Notes: generated by a model from the letters alone, not told the origin. A stretch of DNA of 55,514 nt, filler included, from Platydemus manokwari (GCA_037951405.1; 5 parts of 5 records of this genome joined end to end with filler, not necessarily neighbours in it), one strand, 5' to 3'. Counted from the whole stretch's first letter, positions 39,562 through 54,626 are shown. Translations and numbers: made by a program.

Positions 39562-41467
39562 ATACAGTTGAAGTGAGCTTCTAATCCGTGGGCTCAACTG
39601 TAGGACTTGACTGATTGTTTTGCGCTAGGTATGTGACTAATATCTGGTTTGCTGAAATTTTAGCCAAATCATGTCTGCAATAACTCAGTTTAGAGGATTT
39701 CCACTGAGAAGATGATTCAATACTTATGAACTATATTTCTAAATATAGAATAATATAATTGTCTGTCAGACATTTGAAACGATCAGCATCGATTGTTATA
39801 ATAAAAACAATAATTTTATTTCTAATAATTTTATTTAAAATTATACACATACATATATATATATAATGATGAATATCAATGAGTAAAATGTATAACAAAA
39901 GTCGACTATCTTTGAATTAATTACAAAGGCTTGTTAATTTCCCTCAAACAATACAACAATTACATCAGTAATATTAAAAGCATTAATAATTTTAATATAC
40001 AATAACTAAATGATAATATTTATAATAATTTACATTTTCTTCAATGAATTTTTTTCGGATTTGTTTGTGGTGAATATCCAGGTAATATTTTTACTACACA
40101 TATTGTTTTGCCGACCACATGAATTGATTTTCAAAGTCATAAATATCTTTAGTGATTTGTCGGCATCACTGATTTTTACAGTTATATTTAATATTTCTAT
40201 ATAGCATAATGATAATTTTGAGAATAATATATGCTTACAGTAGAAGACTCTTTAAATATTTCGACCCAAGTATTAAATATAACTAATTAGTAAAGTTATG
40301 AATTGATATGATACATCAGTGTTTTTAGAAAATGAAAATGAAATTTCATGAAAATATAACTATTTTTAATAACATTAATAATGTTTAAGAATCTGAGTTT
40401 TGCAGCTGTTTATAAAATAAAATCCTGTGATCTTTGTCGTCTTTGGCATATGGGTTTGTTAATATCTTGGCGTTCGTTATAGCTTGTTTAAATCTTACTC
40501 TGATTGTTTCAAGTGTAATACTACAAGCTATTAGTTTATTATTGAGGAGATTGAATTTATTTGATTTTGCATCAATGCTGCTATTTGATTGTGCATATTT
40601 GTATCACAAATCTCAATTAGTAGTAAGTAAAATCAGTCCTTGACTTCACACTCCAAAAATAATAATAATATATAATGTATAGTGAATCAAAGACCAATTT
40701 ATAATGTAAAATGAATCTGAGAACAATATTAATATATATAGCAAGTAAAAATTGATTAAAATTTTGAAAATGTGTATTAAAAAAAATATAAAAAAATGGG
40801 CGAGTATAAATGTCAAATATGTGATAATAGCTTAATATTATTCAGGGTCTTAAATCACACGAAAGATTCAAAAAACATATAACAAATATAAATAATGATA
40901 ATAATTATGATAATGAAATAATATATCCATAAAATTCCATATTTAATTTTCTATAATTTGATATATAATTTATTAAAACCCTTTCAATACCCCTCTAAAT
41001 GAGTTCAAAACAAAATATGTGCTGGGTCAAAAAAATCTAATAACATAACACATGTTGACAATTGATACTTTACCGATAAAATTTCAAAATAATCAAGAAG
41101 ATGAATATGTATGTTGAAAAATTCTCACTCTCCGTGTTTGCGTGCGGAAAAGTTATATTATTATGATTTCCATTATAGTTATAAAATTATAAAGAACTAC
41201 AATATATGTTTAAGAAAAATGAAAAATAAATTTGGAAATAAAAAATAAATTTTTGGGAAATCATAAACATCAACAAATTTATTGGTTGGTTATTTTTAAT
41301 TTTTGGAAAATCATTAGTTCTCACCTAAAAAGAAAAAAACATTCATTTTATATTTTTAAATAATTGATTATCAAATAAGATTATTAATAATGTAACAGTT
41401 AAATATAATAATAATTATATTTAATTAAAAATAACATGTGTTTAAATTAAATGTTAGTAAAATAAAA

Positions 41468-41601
41468 TCACTTTTTCAAATTGTAAATCTCATCTTCTGG
41501 TCTACGCAATGCAACAATAACAGGCCACAATGCTTCTCCAGCACAAATGCTATATGGATCATCGACGAGACTACCCGGTGACATAATACCAGCATCATCC
41601 G
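41468..41601 (-). CDS. Probable terminal coding exon of an unidentified gene, truncated by the contig end
   Basis: A locally GC-richer open frame, DDAGIMSPGSLVDDPYSICAGEALWPVIVALRRPEDEIYNLKK*, runs from the linker to TGA and is followed by AT-rich UTR-like DNA. Confidence 0.55.
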
Positions 41602-41701
41602 NNNNNNNNNNNNNNNNNNNNNNNNNNNNNNNNNNNNNNNNNNNNTTAATTAATTAANNNNNNNNNNNNNNNNNNNNNNNNNNNNNNNNNNNNNNNNNNN
41701 N
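41602..41701. other. Artificial contig linker
   Basis: Same 100-bp spacer. Confidence 0.97.
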
Positions 41702-42560
41702 AGTAAACGCAGTAATTTTATTGCAGATACAATTAAGCTATCTCCACGAATTAATAAGATGATTTTTCGTAGTGACCTAAATCTTTTGGGTTTAAGTTCA
41801 TTCATCAAGCTAGAACAAATAATCTAGCAATTAATGCATCGTCTTGGAAAACAAACGAGGAAAGCCAAAAGTGCCGACATTGTCATAGTTTCCCTGAAAC
41901 CACGACACATGTACTACAGTGTTGCATCCCGAACGAAAAGCTACAAACTGCTCGCCATGATGTATGCTTGAACAAAATTGTTGACTGTCTCCGATCAAAA
42001 AATATTATTGTAGTAGTGAACCAAATGTACTCACTGTTACCGGACAGAAAACAGCGCATCGATTTATTGGTTACTGATGTAGAGGGAATAAAGATCTACC
42101 TGCTAGACTTGAAATGTTTGATCGACACAATACAAAACTTCGAGGAGTCAAACAAAAATAATATAATTCACTATACCGTGTTTAGGAATGAGTTCGCCAA
42201 ATTGAAACCAGATTAAAACATTGAGCTTTTCACGTGCATTATAGGCTCACTCGGTACAGTTCCGGCCTCAACAGAAGCAAATTTGGCGAAAATTGGCATG
42301 CCGAAAAATAAAATCCAAATCCTGGTCAAAGAAAGCGCAATTTCAAATATTGAACATTCTTCAAGAATCTGGCATTTTCACTCGACCTGTGTCTTGATAG
42401 ATTTATCTAACACAACATAGATTCAAACAATTTCATTCCAACGAAAAGCCGAAATGAATGAATGAAAATTCAAAAATGACTTCTCGAATCAAAGCTTTCA
42501 GACCAAGCAGGTCACAATCAATCCAATAATCCCAACAAATCTGTATTAAATAAATCTTGT
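41702..42560 (+). mobile_element. 3' end of an RLE-type (R2/R4/NeSL-like) non-LTR retrotransposon, decayed
   Basis: CCHC knuckle CRHCHSFPETTTHVLQCC at 41872, then RHD, RIDLLV..IYLLDLK (PD-D/ExK restriction-like endonuclease), IIGSLGTV and SRIWHFH. There is one frameshift and one internal stop, a TAG at 42420, then a 3' UTR with AATAAA. Confidence 0.85.
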
Positions 42561-42923
42561 AACAACGAAAATAATTTATTCGAATATTACATTAATATTA
42601 TTCATATCATATATTAATGTCAATTTTATCGTTAACTTAATTTGATGTAAAAAATTAAATTTATTTTTAAACTTTTCCTTTCTTGAAAAATACAATAACA
42701 ATAATTAATAATTTTTACTTTTACCGTCAATAAAATTCAAAATAGGATTCAACGCATATGTCAATTGGAATCACTGGCTATATTTTACCATAATCATCAC
42801 TAATAACCAATAGAAATAATTCAGTAAAATATGAAAGGAAATTCAAACATAGCCACAACATCAGGGAAATAATTGCATATTTACACATTACTGCTATCAT
42901 TTCCTGTTCAAACATTATTTGAA

Positions 42924-43822
42924 ATGTTGACACTTATTTTAATAATTCTCAATTTATCATTTATTCAATGCAAATTCAACTTTGTTGGCAAAATGGTTTG
43001 CGTATTTGAAGAATACAGCACATTAAGTACAAATGACCTTTTCAATTGTGCTATCCAATGCAGTTCTGCAAATTGTCCAATATTTTATTTTGACGAAAAA
43101 GAATTGAAATGTTATTTCTTTACATTTAACGACATATGCGAATCAAAAAATTATTGTAAATATGTGAAAGCATATTTCAATGATAATTATTCAGATGAAG
43201 TGGGTATACCATTTGTATTCATGATATATAATAATTGTGTTTCTAGTTCATAACTCCTACTCATGCACTGTATGCAATATTTAAAGATCACGATTACCCT
43301 CTGGAATTGAATAGAAATTTTATATTTACAGCTGCTAGCGATAGAAAAGTTGAAGCCGTTATTGCAAATGATAAACGGATTTTTGTAGGTGTTGGACATT
43401 ATAATAATACTAAACTAGGAGTGTGGTCTCCAGACACTGTACTGAATGGCATAAGTTACTTCAATTCGGGTAGTCAAATTATAGCGAATAATTTTGCTTC
43501 ATACTTAACAAATGGAAACTGCGTCAGTTATTTTAGTTGTTATCATCCAATAGATGAATTTGATATGTTCATTGGAATAGAGCATCTGGTTTTTGGAGTT
43601 GTACCGTTTTCTCGATTTAATGTTTCTAAATTTATAACTAACACGGTCACATATAAATGGGGAATTATATTCAGTTCGGGATCCGATATAGTGACAACAA
43701 ATGAGGTTAAGATCCTATTAAGAGAATATGGCTTTTGCTTAGTTTACACAATAGGATCAGGTGATTACCACGAAAGTAATGCTTGTGAACCTTATATATT
43801 GAAAAATTTTGCTTGTGATTGA
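42924..43822 (+). CDS. Two-exon secreted protein (283 aa): signal peptide, PAN/apple-like domain and two DM9-like repeats; exons 42924-43199 and 43247-43822
   Basis: ATG 42924 plus signal peptide MLTLILIILNLSFIQC, then the PAN-like pattern CAIQC....C..FYF......C. A 47-bp phase-0 intron (GAA|gtgggt...ttctag|TTC, 43200-43246) joins the two ORF-track ORFs exactly in frame. There is an internal duplication (IFVGVGH..FNSGSQII and MFIGIEH..FSSGSDIV). Domain names come from motif recognition only. Confidence 0.75.
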
Positions 43823-46800
43823 CAATGTTTAGAAAAATTATGAAAATTTATTAGATGTTTATTATGTTTATCTATTGTTCTTTCAGTGTCACAAATTTGC
43901 ATTAGATTTATACTAGATCGTTTTCAGTTTACTTTATTATATTAATCATCATTTAGAAATAGAGATTAGAAATGCTGAATATTTATTAGTAACATCTCAT
44001 TACGTTTTACTGTTTTCATTTTTTATTTTCTTATGAATTATTAAATTTCACATTGGTCTTATTTATTGTATTGGTCCATTTGTTTTAATAAATTCTTGAT
44101 ATATTGCAATTTATTGAGAATTTGTGGTGAAATAAATCTTAATAGCGTCTCATTTTAAAACTTGTTCAAGTTTTGTTTTCAAAATCGAAACAAATAAATG
44201 AAAAGCAAATAAATTTCATATACCAACGATTTAAAACTTTTATTTGTTTATTTCTCATTTTAATTATTTCTAGAGACCAGTTCACTAAATAATCGGTTGG
44301 AGACATTTATTTCATTTATAAAATTCTGAAGAAAACTAATATTTTTGAAAATTTCTATTAATAACATTTGGTTAAAAATTTTGTATAAAAAAATCATATA
44401 AAAAATCAAAATATCTAATATTTACGCCTAAGACTTTTTTAAAATGTCAACCTCATACAAATAAATGTTGTATGAAATGAAATAATAAAATCCATAAAAC
44501 ACAATTTTTACAAAATCGGGTATAATAAAAAAACTGAGTTTTTCAATCTAAAAGATTAAATTTTAGATTAAATTTTAAGATACTTCAAGAAACTTCAACA
44601 AAATTGCTAAATTGTATTTATTTTCAATATAGATCTTGTTATATTTTATATCAATCATGTATACCACTACTATTTTATATAGAAATATATTATAATTTAT
44701 GATATTATTTTATAAAATCTTTTATGTATAAATTTGCAAAATCTTTACAATTTATTTTCTTTTTTATTTTTAAATTTTGACCAGCCTGTATTTAGTTAGT
44801 TTTTAGCTCCTTATAATTATTTATGGTCGTTTAAAAATAAGATGGCAACGATAATTTATAATTGTGTTGTTTCAAGTGTAATTCAAGATTTTGGTAAAGA
44901 TTTGAAGCCAGACTCATAAAGGTTATTAGAAAAATATGTGAAATATTGAAGGTTTTCTGGTAAAGTTGCTTTATTACCAGATTTCTATCATTATTAAATT
45001 TCGTTTTGTTAATTATAAATATTAGGTGTTTTTGCCATTTAGAAAAAATATTTTAATGATTTTATTATTATTATATACTCTAAAGAATCCTAAAGAAACA
45101 AGAACCAATTTAAACATATTAGTTCATATTCTAATCTAAATAATATTTAAATATATTTTATTCTCTAACCCTTATAGATATGAGGTCTGTGAATTTGAAA
45201 TGCATTATTGATATTGATGTTTGAAACTTAAAAAACAATACGGTCATATTGTATGAATTAATATTTGCTACACTCAACATTATTTTCAATTAAGAAAACA
45301 ATAGAAGGAATAGAATTACACAATGGAGATCACTTAGTTCAGGCGACTAACTTACATGTGTGTTTTAGAAAAACAATAAAAATGCACACAAACCAAAGTT
45401 AAGTGATGTATAAAATATTAGTGAGAGAAATTCATTAACGATAAAGATTCTGTTATCCTGAACAAGTTTCGTACTTAGTTTCATTGAATTGAAAATTGAT
45501 TTATAAGTTGCTATGGAATGTTCTAAATTATTTAACATTTATGGTGTTTGTACTTCAACAGTTTTGACCTCAACATATAAAACAAGCATGCGTTCATTTG
45601 TATTACTTAATTTAATCCCTTATAAAGATTGATAAATCCAAATTTTCTAAAATGTTTCCTGATATTTAAAATGATTTTCCTGAAATATTCTTAAAGATAA
45701 ATATTAAATGATAAATTTAAAAATAGTAATTTGCATCAATATGAATATTCCAAGATGAAACATGAGAGACAAGGTACAAAACATTATGTTATTATTTAAT
45801 TGTTTTGATTTATTTATCATATTTATTTTATTAGTAAGTTTATATGTCATACCTTTTCTTGTAATAACACTTACATTTTATTCCATCAATGCTTACAAAA
45901 TTATTGTATTTATGAAATATTTGTTACATAAATTACGAAATAAGATTTCATCATTTATAAATAATTTTTTTTCTTTTTTTCAAATAAATTGTTTTTTTAA
46001 TGTTTTCCATGCTATTTCAACAAAGTTTATATTGAATACAAATTAAAGGCGTCAACACAAATGTTTTTTGAATAAAAATTCTGTAATACATTCTCTAAAT
46101 AAAAGTTAGAAGTACAATTTATTAATTCTTTAAAACCCTTATGTATCTGATTAATAATTCAACAAATTTCTCTATTTTGCTTGCTCTGCATTGTAAAGCC
46201 ATTCAAATCTCACAGTTAAATGTATTTTTACACTAAAACCAAATTCAATTGAGAATATGAAGACCAGAATAATAGTTTTCATCACTTTAATCAATTGTGA
46301 AGCGTTTATTTCATCAGAGATTATTTAATTGAGGTCATTATTCTCTTTTATCACGCTAAATTGAATTATAATTTAAAAAATTGCAGAATAATAATTTTAA
46401 TTAGATATATCAAATCTATTAGTATAGATGATAATACCAGAATCATTTACACGATTTGTGACAATTATGATTAAATGTGAATTATTATTTAATAATAAAC
46501 ATTTTTATATAAAATTTACAAGATTGAGACATCTTAAAATAATAATACAACGATGTAGTTTAAAAATTTATTATTTGGCTGCTATCATTTTAAGTGCAAA
46601 AATTAAAAAAGTTTATTGGTTTTTCTCAAGTCATTTTGTATCAATGAATGAATAAATCTAAATCTAAATATTTTTATACACTTAAAAAGTTTTGAAATAT
46701 TACCGGGTTTCTGTATAGATTCTAATGTCTAAAGGTCCCATAATGAGTTTTCTAAAATCATCTAAATTTTTATTTTTAATATTATTTGATTTCATTTTAT

Positions 46801-48281
46801 TTAAGGTGACAATATTGACGAAAATCAAAAGTAGCCATTGGAATTTATTTAAATTATAATTTCTATTTTAATTCCATATTTGAAACAAAATATTGTTACC
46901 GGTTTCGATAATTCTTTGATTTATTTATTATATTTCTCCGTGAATTTTTAAGTTAATTAATATTTTGGAAAAATAGAAGAAATAATACTAACAAATAAAT
47001 TTTGCTTACTGAAATTAAAGGTAAAAATAAATTATCAATCTGGGATTTTAAATTTGGTACTCTCACAGGTAAATCGAACATTTACATATGAGATTGAAAT
47101 ATCATTCTTTGTAGATAAGGATATATTTATGTTATCAATGTGTAAATATTGAATTTGAAAATAATACCTGAATATATAAATTACCAAGCGATTCCAGAGA
47201 CTAATCAAATCTAACATAAAATTATAATTCTAACAACTTGTTGATTAAATTAATAAATAAATTTTTTATCAAGAAAATATTAATTTTTAGCATGAATATA
47301 TTAATGTCTCACTTCGTCAATCTACATCAAAATATTATCCTATCTTTAAAAAATATTTAAAAAGATTCAAATTAACAACCAATATAAACAGTTCATCTAC
47401 TTTTATTATCTTCATACACACATATTAGAGGAAAATGAATTTAAAAAGAAAACTAAATACGTTATATTTAGTAAACAAGAGTTTGAGTGGCTTTAGAAAG
47501 ATTTTCGAAAGATTTTCTCAAGACAAAATTTTTCACATTGTTAGTCAAGTTATGAATTGAATTATTCAAGGGAAAGTTTAAAACATTCGAGAGCGGTTAT
47601 TATTCTTTTTTATTATGACGAATTAATCGTACATGAGATCTAGTGTTAAATAGATAAAATATAACATCTTCTTTTGAATATTCATTATTAAAATATGTTT
47701 TCAAGAAAAATGAAAATGAATAAATTTATTAATAATAATTTAAAAATGAATTATTTAATGAAATATTTATAATTTTAGTTAATAATTTTACAATTTTACT
47801 TTAAACGGTTTATGAAAATTTTAAATAAGGTGCACTGTAATTATAGATTGCTTGAGAATATTTTATTTGTTTAAATTACTTCATTTCTTTTGCAGAATTA
47901 ATATTTCATGATCTTCCTGTATAATTAATTCTAACGAGTTTCATAATTCAAATGTTGTATTGCTATTTTGAGTAGACTTGTATCTAAAAAAGCAGACGAG
48001 GGGACGATAAGAAACGGTGTATCAAAAGCAGTTATCATTATTTCGACCATACACGACGGCCAAATCAATAAGAAATCTAATTGTAATTGCCTTATTTGGT
48101 CTGGGTGCGATTATTCAATACAAAGCAGTTTCAGACAATATTTAGCATTATGATAAAAGACTAAAAAATGCCGTCGACCAAGAAGGATCATTGGCTTAAG
48201 ATTAGTCAAGAGCTGTTCAATATTGAAAGAGTCGGATTCCAAATAATTGTTCTCTAATAAGATATAAAGAATTAAGGAACC

Positions 48282-48480
48282 ATGACTTGCTACAACTGCA
48301 ACAAACCAGGTATTATATATTCCAAAATTATAAATATCTAAAATTTTTAATGCGTTATACTTTGATTAATAGAGGCCTTATAACCACATATTGTTAGGAT
48401 TTAATCCGGTTACTATTACGGGCATGACGTTGAAGAATGTTACACCAATTTGATTAAATGTTGTTGCAACAGGCACGAAC
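48282..48480 (+). mobile_element. Decayed retroelement gag zinc-knuckle remnant
   Basis: MTCYNCNKPG motif with further degenerate Cys/His clusters; heavily disrupted. Confidence 0.4.
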
Positions 48481-51400
48481 ACCAAGAAATATAGAGAGAG
48501 TTAAAAAATATTGTAATTCCTAGTAATAATGAAGAAAACTTTAAAAGACGATTTAATGATGTTCTGAAAACGCCAAATTACAGAAATAAAGAACATGTCG
48601 CGCCATAAACCAATAAATCCTCAAAAAAAGAACGAATGCTGCAGATGGTAAGCTTCTAATATCAGGCAAGTAGTCGGAGCAGTGCAATAAGCAATAGTGT
48701 TGATTTTGATCTTGATAACGTAAATATACGTTATCATATTTGCATAAAATTACCGCGTATAAATACAAAATAAGTAAACAAACAATGTAACTTGTAAGAA
48801 AAACGATTAAAACAATATAAAAGATAAAATGAAGAAGCAATAGTAAAGGTGGTTCAGAATCAATAAATTTAAAATTACAGGGCTGCTAATGTAATAAATG
48901 CAAATTGTTGTAAATGCTTTAAATGACAAAGAATCAAAGAAATAGGTTTTAGAATAGAAAAATATCTAGAATTCTTCAGGCATTAACGAATGATTCTATT
49001 AAATGACGAACAAACTGAAAAACGAAAAAATGAAACTAATAAATAAAATTAATTTATTTTTATCATATTTGTAAAAATCACACGAATTTTTAAATGTATT
49101 TTCGATTTGTTTTTAAAGTTAAATTTTGTTTAAGTCAATAAATAAATTTATTAACATAACCAATGATATCACTAAGTAGTAATACTGCAGTAATACCGTT
49201 GTTAATAGTTTTAGCATTGATGCAAAACAATGTTTGCAATTAGATTCAGGTGAAATTCTGATATCTTTAAAATATAAGCTTAGTCAATCTGGTACAGAAA
49301 ACAAAACAATTTAAATTTATTAATCTTGTATTTGGTTTATGAATAAAGAAAATTTTGCTATTTTAAATGAATTCAGCTTTTACTTTTTGTGAATCAAAAT
49401 AATTTATTTAAGTAGACATTGAACACATTTAACTGACAATGTAAAGGAAATTAAATTTTAGGTTTTTTTCTCAAAAATTTCGTTTATAGTGTAAAAATGT
49501 TTTCTTTTCTCTTTGAATTTAAACTTCTTATAAAATTGTGTGTTTTATCTAGATACATTAAATATTATACCGCATTTGCATTAAAAAATATATCATGTTA
49601 GAAACTGATAGACACCTAAATCATTTTTCGAAAGGAAAATTTCTACTGGAAATTTACTATTACAAACGATTTGTATTTGCTGTAATACCAATTATATTTT
49701 ATTACGATAAAGCTATTGAGTTGACGTATAGGTTAGTGCGGTTTATTAAAAATAATGAAAAATGCATACTGTTCGAGAATTAAAACACCCCAAATGATTC
49801 CAGATAACAAAATGAATTTATGAAATCATTAGATAAAACAAATATCCCAGTCTCAATTGGTGAGATATTCTCCGCCACAATCAATCACTTCCTTTCATCG
49901 ATATGGCAATTCTTCAATTCCAAGTTTGGTAATTGTAGTTGAAAAATCTTTCGCTGACTGCCTTTTCACCATAAACGGAACAAATCATTCAAATGGGTTC
50001 AGCAGTGTTTAAATGTTGAATAAAATAGAAAAGGAGTAAATGTCAGAAATGTTCATTCTTATCTCCCTGACACTCCATCTTAATAAGGATAATGAAACCC
50101 AACAAATGATATAATAACTTATTGGAGATCTTTAATGGATTCACTGAGTACAGCCACAGTCATATAATGAATACCATTTGAATCAATCGCAAATTTTTGC
50201 GTAGCTAATTATAATTTATGATTTAGAATAAATCTGTCTTAAAATCCAATCATGATCTGTACTCTACTATCTTCGAGAAGTATAAATAAAAGTAAGCTGA
50301 TATTTAGTTTTTCCTTAATTAGTCACTAAAATGTGGCGATAAAAATTATTTTTAGCTACAATTATTTAAGAAGAACAATATTTTAAAACCGGATTTTGAA
50401 TTATTGTTATTTCATTTTTCAAATCGTCTTCATTTTGAAAATTATTGTGCCATTTATCTGGCTTAAATTATTAGATTTATGAGTAATAGAATTATTTCAT
50501 TGATATTTCTGATTTGTTTATAAAATTCAAAATACCACTTTTCAAACAGTAGACAAAGTTTGCCTTTGCATCATCTTTGTTGAGTTTGATTTATTTATCG
50601 AAATTTATAATCAAAAGTTGATGTTTTCATTAACCACAAATGCGATCAATATTTACTAATAATTCTCTAACAATTATTTTAAAATTAAATTCATTATATT
50701 TAAAGTTGAGTATTTAAAACTGCTTGTTTTAATTTTTATTCCAATTTTTAATAATTTAAATTCAGTTTTTATATTTAACAGATAAAAACTCAAATTATTT
50801 TTTCATGTAAAATTCGTGCAACTATTTTATTGATAATTTAGCTTTAAATTTTTTTATGTATATTACATATTTTTTATTTATTTGCTTGTGATATTGATTG
50901 ATTGAATTTGACAAAGAATGATCATGTGGATCAGCTTACTGAGTATACTTGTATGATGAAGAATTATAATCTATTCTTATCGTACATTAACCTCAATTTA
51001 CTTCGAAGTCGAATACTTTTAATTTGTTTTGAAAAGAACGGTTATTTAATCCTAGATCTTAACAACAAATTATCAATATTTAGTATTTGAAAATGAAAAT
51101 TAAGATCGATAAAAATAAATCTATTTCATAGCATCAATTTATTGATTGTTTTGAAGATAATCGATAATTTTCAAATCTAATCTAGTTTTCAATAGAGTTG
51201 AAAATTTGGTTTTTTCCAGTTGTTTTATCCATTGTATTGTTTTATTTTTTTCTCAAATAGAACTTGTTATTCTGATTATTGATTTTTATTAGCTCTGCAT
51301 TTTGATGAATTTTTATCTTAATTATGAACAATTGATTGATTCTAATAATTTGTTTATCACAGGCTGTGCTTTGTAAATTTTGAAATTTTTTAGATTAAAT

Positions 51401-54400
51401 AATATTTGAATTTTGAGTTAAACTTCCAAGTTATTGATTGGAATGGCATTCTAGAGTTTTGATATCGATTCATTTTTAGTGCAATAATTGAGACATCGGA
51501 CGTACTAGTTTATCTGATTTATGTGGTATAGTATTCGATTACAGATATCGAATATCATGATTAATTTGGTTGCCTCATTAATATTTTCGATTTATTAAGC
51601 TGCTCAGTACATGAAATGCTTTAAGATATTTGAGGTTATTAATGATTTGTCAGTGGCTTTTAGTGGCACAACTAATTGTCTGGATTTAAGTCTGATTCTA
51701 GCAGAGTTGGGTTTCCACTGCATCGGTGTTTATGTTTGCCTTAATTATTTGCTTCTCGCATTCATTAAATCTTTTCAATTCGTATTTTTAATAATCAATT
51801 TATTGTTCAAAGTTATTAATCGTTCCAATTGCTTCTGAGTTATCAGCTGTTTCAAGTATTTGTGTTGTGCTCCATCTCTTCATAACTTGTTTTGCCTTTA
51901 TTTGAAAGGTTTGCTCGTCTATTAAATGGGATAGCAGCGACAACAATGATTACACAATTTTCATTTCGTTACGTTTGTTAATGCTCATATGTGCTCAGTA
52001 ATAATCTTTATCATCCATGTTTCATATTAAACATTATCAAATCAATAAAATTATAAATTTATATTTAATCAATAAATATTTAAAATAGAGAAAATATTTA
52101 TCAATATAAAACCCTAAAATAAAAAATCACAATAATTAATTTATAAAGCACTGCTTTAATTTAGTGAGTAACTAATATGCGTAATAAAAATGCTTGATAA
52201 TCATTTGTTCTGTCGACGGGTTGTGCAATAATTCTGTGAGAGAAATTTTTTTCATTCAAATATTTTGCTATATCGTTGCCATAGGTGTGAATATCTCTCA
52301 ACAAATTGTTTAAGAATGTTCTTGTTTATCCAATTTCTTGTTGTGGTATTGATAAATGCAAATGTGCATTTGTTTGTATCATTGCCTCAAATCTCTCATG
52401 AAATGTAACTAGATAATATAAATCTATCAGAATTTGTGAAAAATAAATTGGTATGGGTTTTGTTTGCTATGGTTAAATTTTATTAAAATTCTTTACATTT
52501 AAATTAATTCGATAGTCCATAATATTTGTTAAAATGTTAGATTTATTGATTTGCTACTAGTCAGTCTTTCAAGCAGGATATTGAAGTGCTAATTTAGTAT
52601 AGCGATTCCAAATAAATTGAAAGAATTACATTTATTTAAATAAGATTAGAAAGAAATCAAAAATAATTCTCATAACCAACATATAACGATAATGCAAACA
52701 ATTGTGTCACCTCTCGTTACAATGTACCACCGCTTAAGAGAATTGAATTATTGAGAACAAAATCATTCTAGTGTTGATAATGCCAAACATATTTTTACGA
52801 ATGTTCAAAAAATAATCTAAAATAATCAAGAAAATGATTTAATTAACTACATTAATAATTATTTTAAATTAATAAAAATATTCCAACATAAGATTTATTT
52901 TTTTAAAGAATCAGTTAAAGAGAAATTCCTCATAACTATGAATGTATAACAAAAAGTGTCGGATTTTATAAAATTAATAGGGTCTTCCAAATAATAGAAA
53001 TCGAATATACAATGCACGAGTAGAAACTGATAAATCAAATGTTGATCTTCAATAGAAAAAGTTAGTCATGCATCATCATTTATAGATTTTCGATTAATAG
53101 TAAATCATATAATCTATTTCTCGATTTTTAGTAAATAGATTAGTGAGATAACCTTTAAAATAACAGATAGAAATGAAAATTTTATAAATTTTAATGAAGA
53201 AAAAATATTATCACATCTTCACTTAAAATAAGTACAATTAGTTTTTTAAAAAACATAATTTAATAAATTTTCTAGGAAATAATGGAATTAATCAAACCAC
53301 AATTTTTGATTTAAAAAATATTGCCGATGATTTAAATTTAGAAGTGAAAATCGAATTGAGAGATCAACTGACTGCAAACAATGATGTTTATAGCAGTATT
53401 CTATCGTAAAACTATTGTGAATGATTATAATTCGTCTGTAATGTTTGTCAAAATATTCGACTAATAAATGCTATCATCTAGATAAGAAAGAATTCTTACT
53501 TTCTGAATGACACATTATTATTGTATATGTCTTCTCAATTTTGTCGTATATTTTTTCATTAAGTAATGAAGCTTATATTGTTGATGTTTAATACAAACAG
53601 ACCATCTTTAGCATTTACTTCATTTCTTACTTTCTCAGAGTATTAATTTTTCAAAATACTGGACTTTTAAGAGATTGCGTTTCAAAGTTTTTATGAATTA
53701 TCATGCTGTCGTTATTCTAAATTCATTAAAAATGTCTGGTTTAGATTAAGACACTATTCAAGTAAACTACTGCAGTTTCAAAAGTCACTTTGCCACATAA
53801 ATATTATTATAAACGTCAATTATACAAAAAGGTTATATTGACGTAAAATTGAACAATTTTTGCACTAGATTATGTGATGTTCTGTGCATTTTACATATGA
53901 CCGATCATATTATGGATTAGTTCGAGATATATTGATAAAAACTGTTTTTAGTTTGTCTTTATTGACGATAGAGGCACGTATTATTAATCATTCGCACTTT
54001 TTGTTAACAAATTGATATGCTTGGTAAAGTAATAATTTTACCTCGATTTATTTTAAACACCCTCACGAAAACACCTAATGAAGTGATTTTCATAACTATC
54101 CCAAAATGATTATTATAAATAGGATTTTAAAATCTGTACTCATTTATTGTTTAATTTCCCAGATCATTCGTATAAAAATTTTATCTAATTTCCACAATTT
54201 ATGCACATCTAGTTTGAAAAGTTACCTATTCCATTGTCATCTTATTATTGTTAAATAAATATTTTATTGTTCTCTCTTCTCTATTGATTCCAACTGTACC
54301 TGAAATACTGACACACACGCGATGTATTTTCTGTCACTTCTAACAAAAGACCATAAACACGTGAGGGTATGTTAAGTTAAAATTTTATAGCCGTTTAGGT

Positions 54401-54626
54401 GATGACAAGTTATATCGATAATTTTTCAAAATATTTGACTAAAAAATAATGTTTTTTAGCTACACACATGGGGAAGATAATACTGATTCTCTTTCTCTTT
54501 AAGATGTTGTCATTTTCTTATATCCGCTACACATCATTTGGAATTGAATTTCCTACATCCTACAATTTTAATAAAATTACACTAATAATTCAAAATGGAT
54601 TATTACTAAGATTATTTGTTTAGCTA

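Noticed and set aside
38542-39576. Plus-strand ORFs of 158, 89 and 87 aa
   Set aside because: Antisense shadows of the repetitive 378-aa gene.
45762-46655. Hydrophobic F/I/L-rich ORFs of 75-94 aa
   Set aside because: Expected by chance in T-rich DNA and not credible membrane proteins.
49780-50260. GC-richer minus-strand stretch resembling decayed coding sequence
   Set aside because: Multiple stops and no recognisable family.
52140-52460. Minus-strand VTFHERFEAMIQTN resembling BEL/Pao gag
   Set aside because: A single weak motif among stops; it needs an HMM search.
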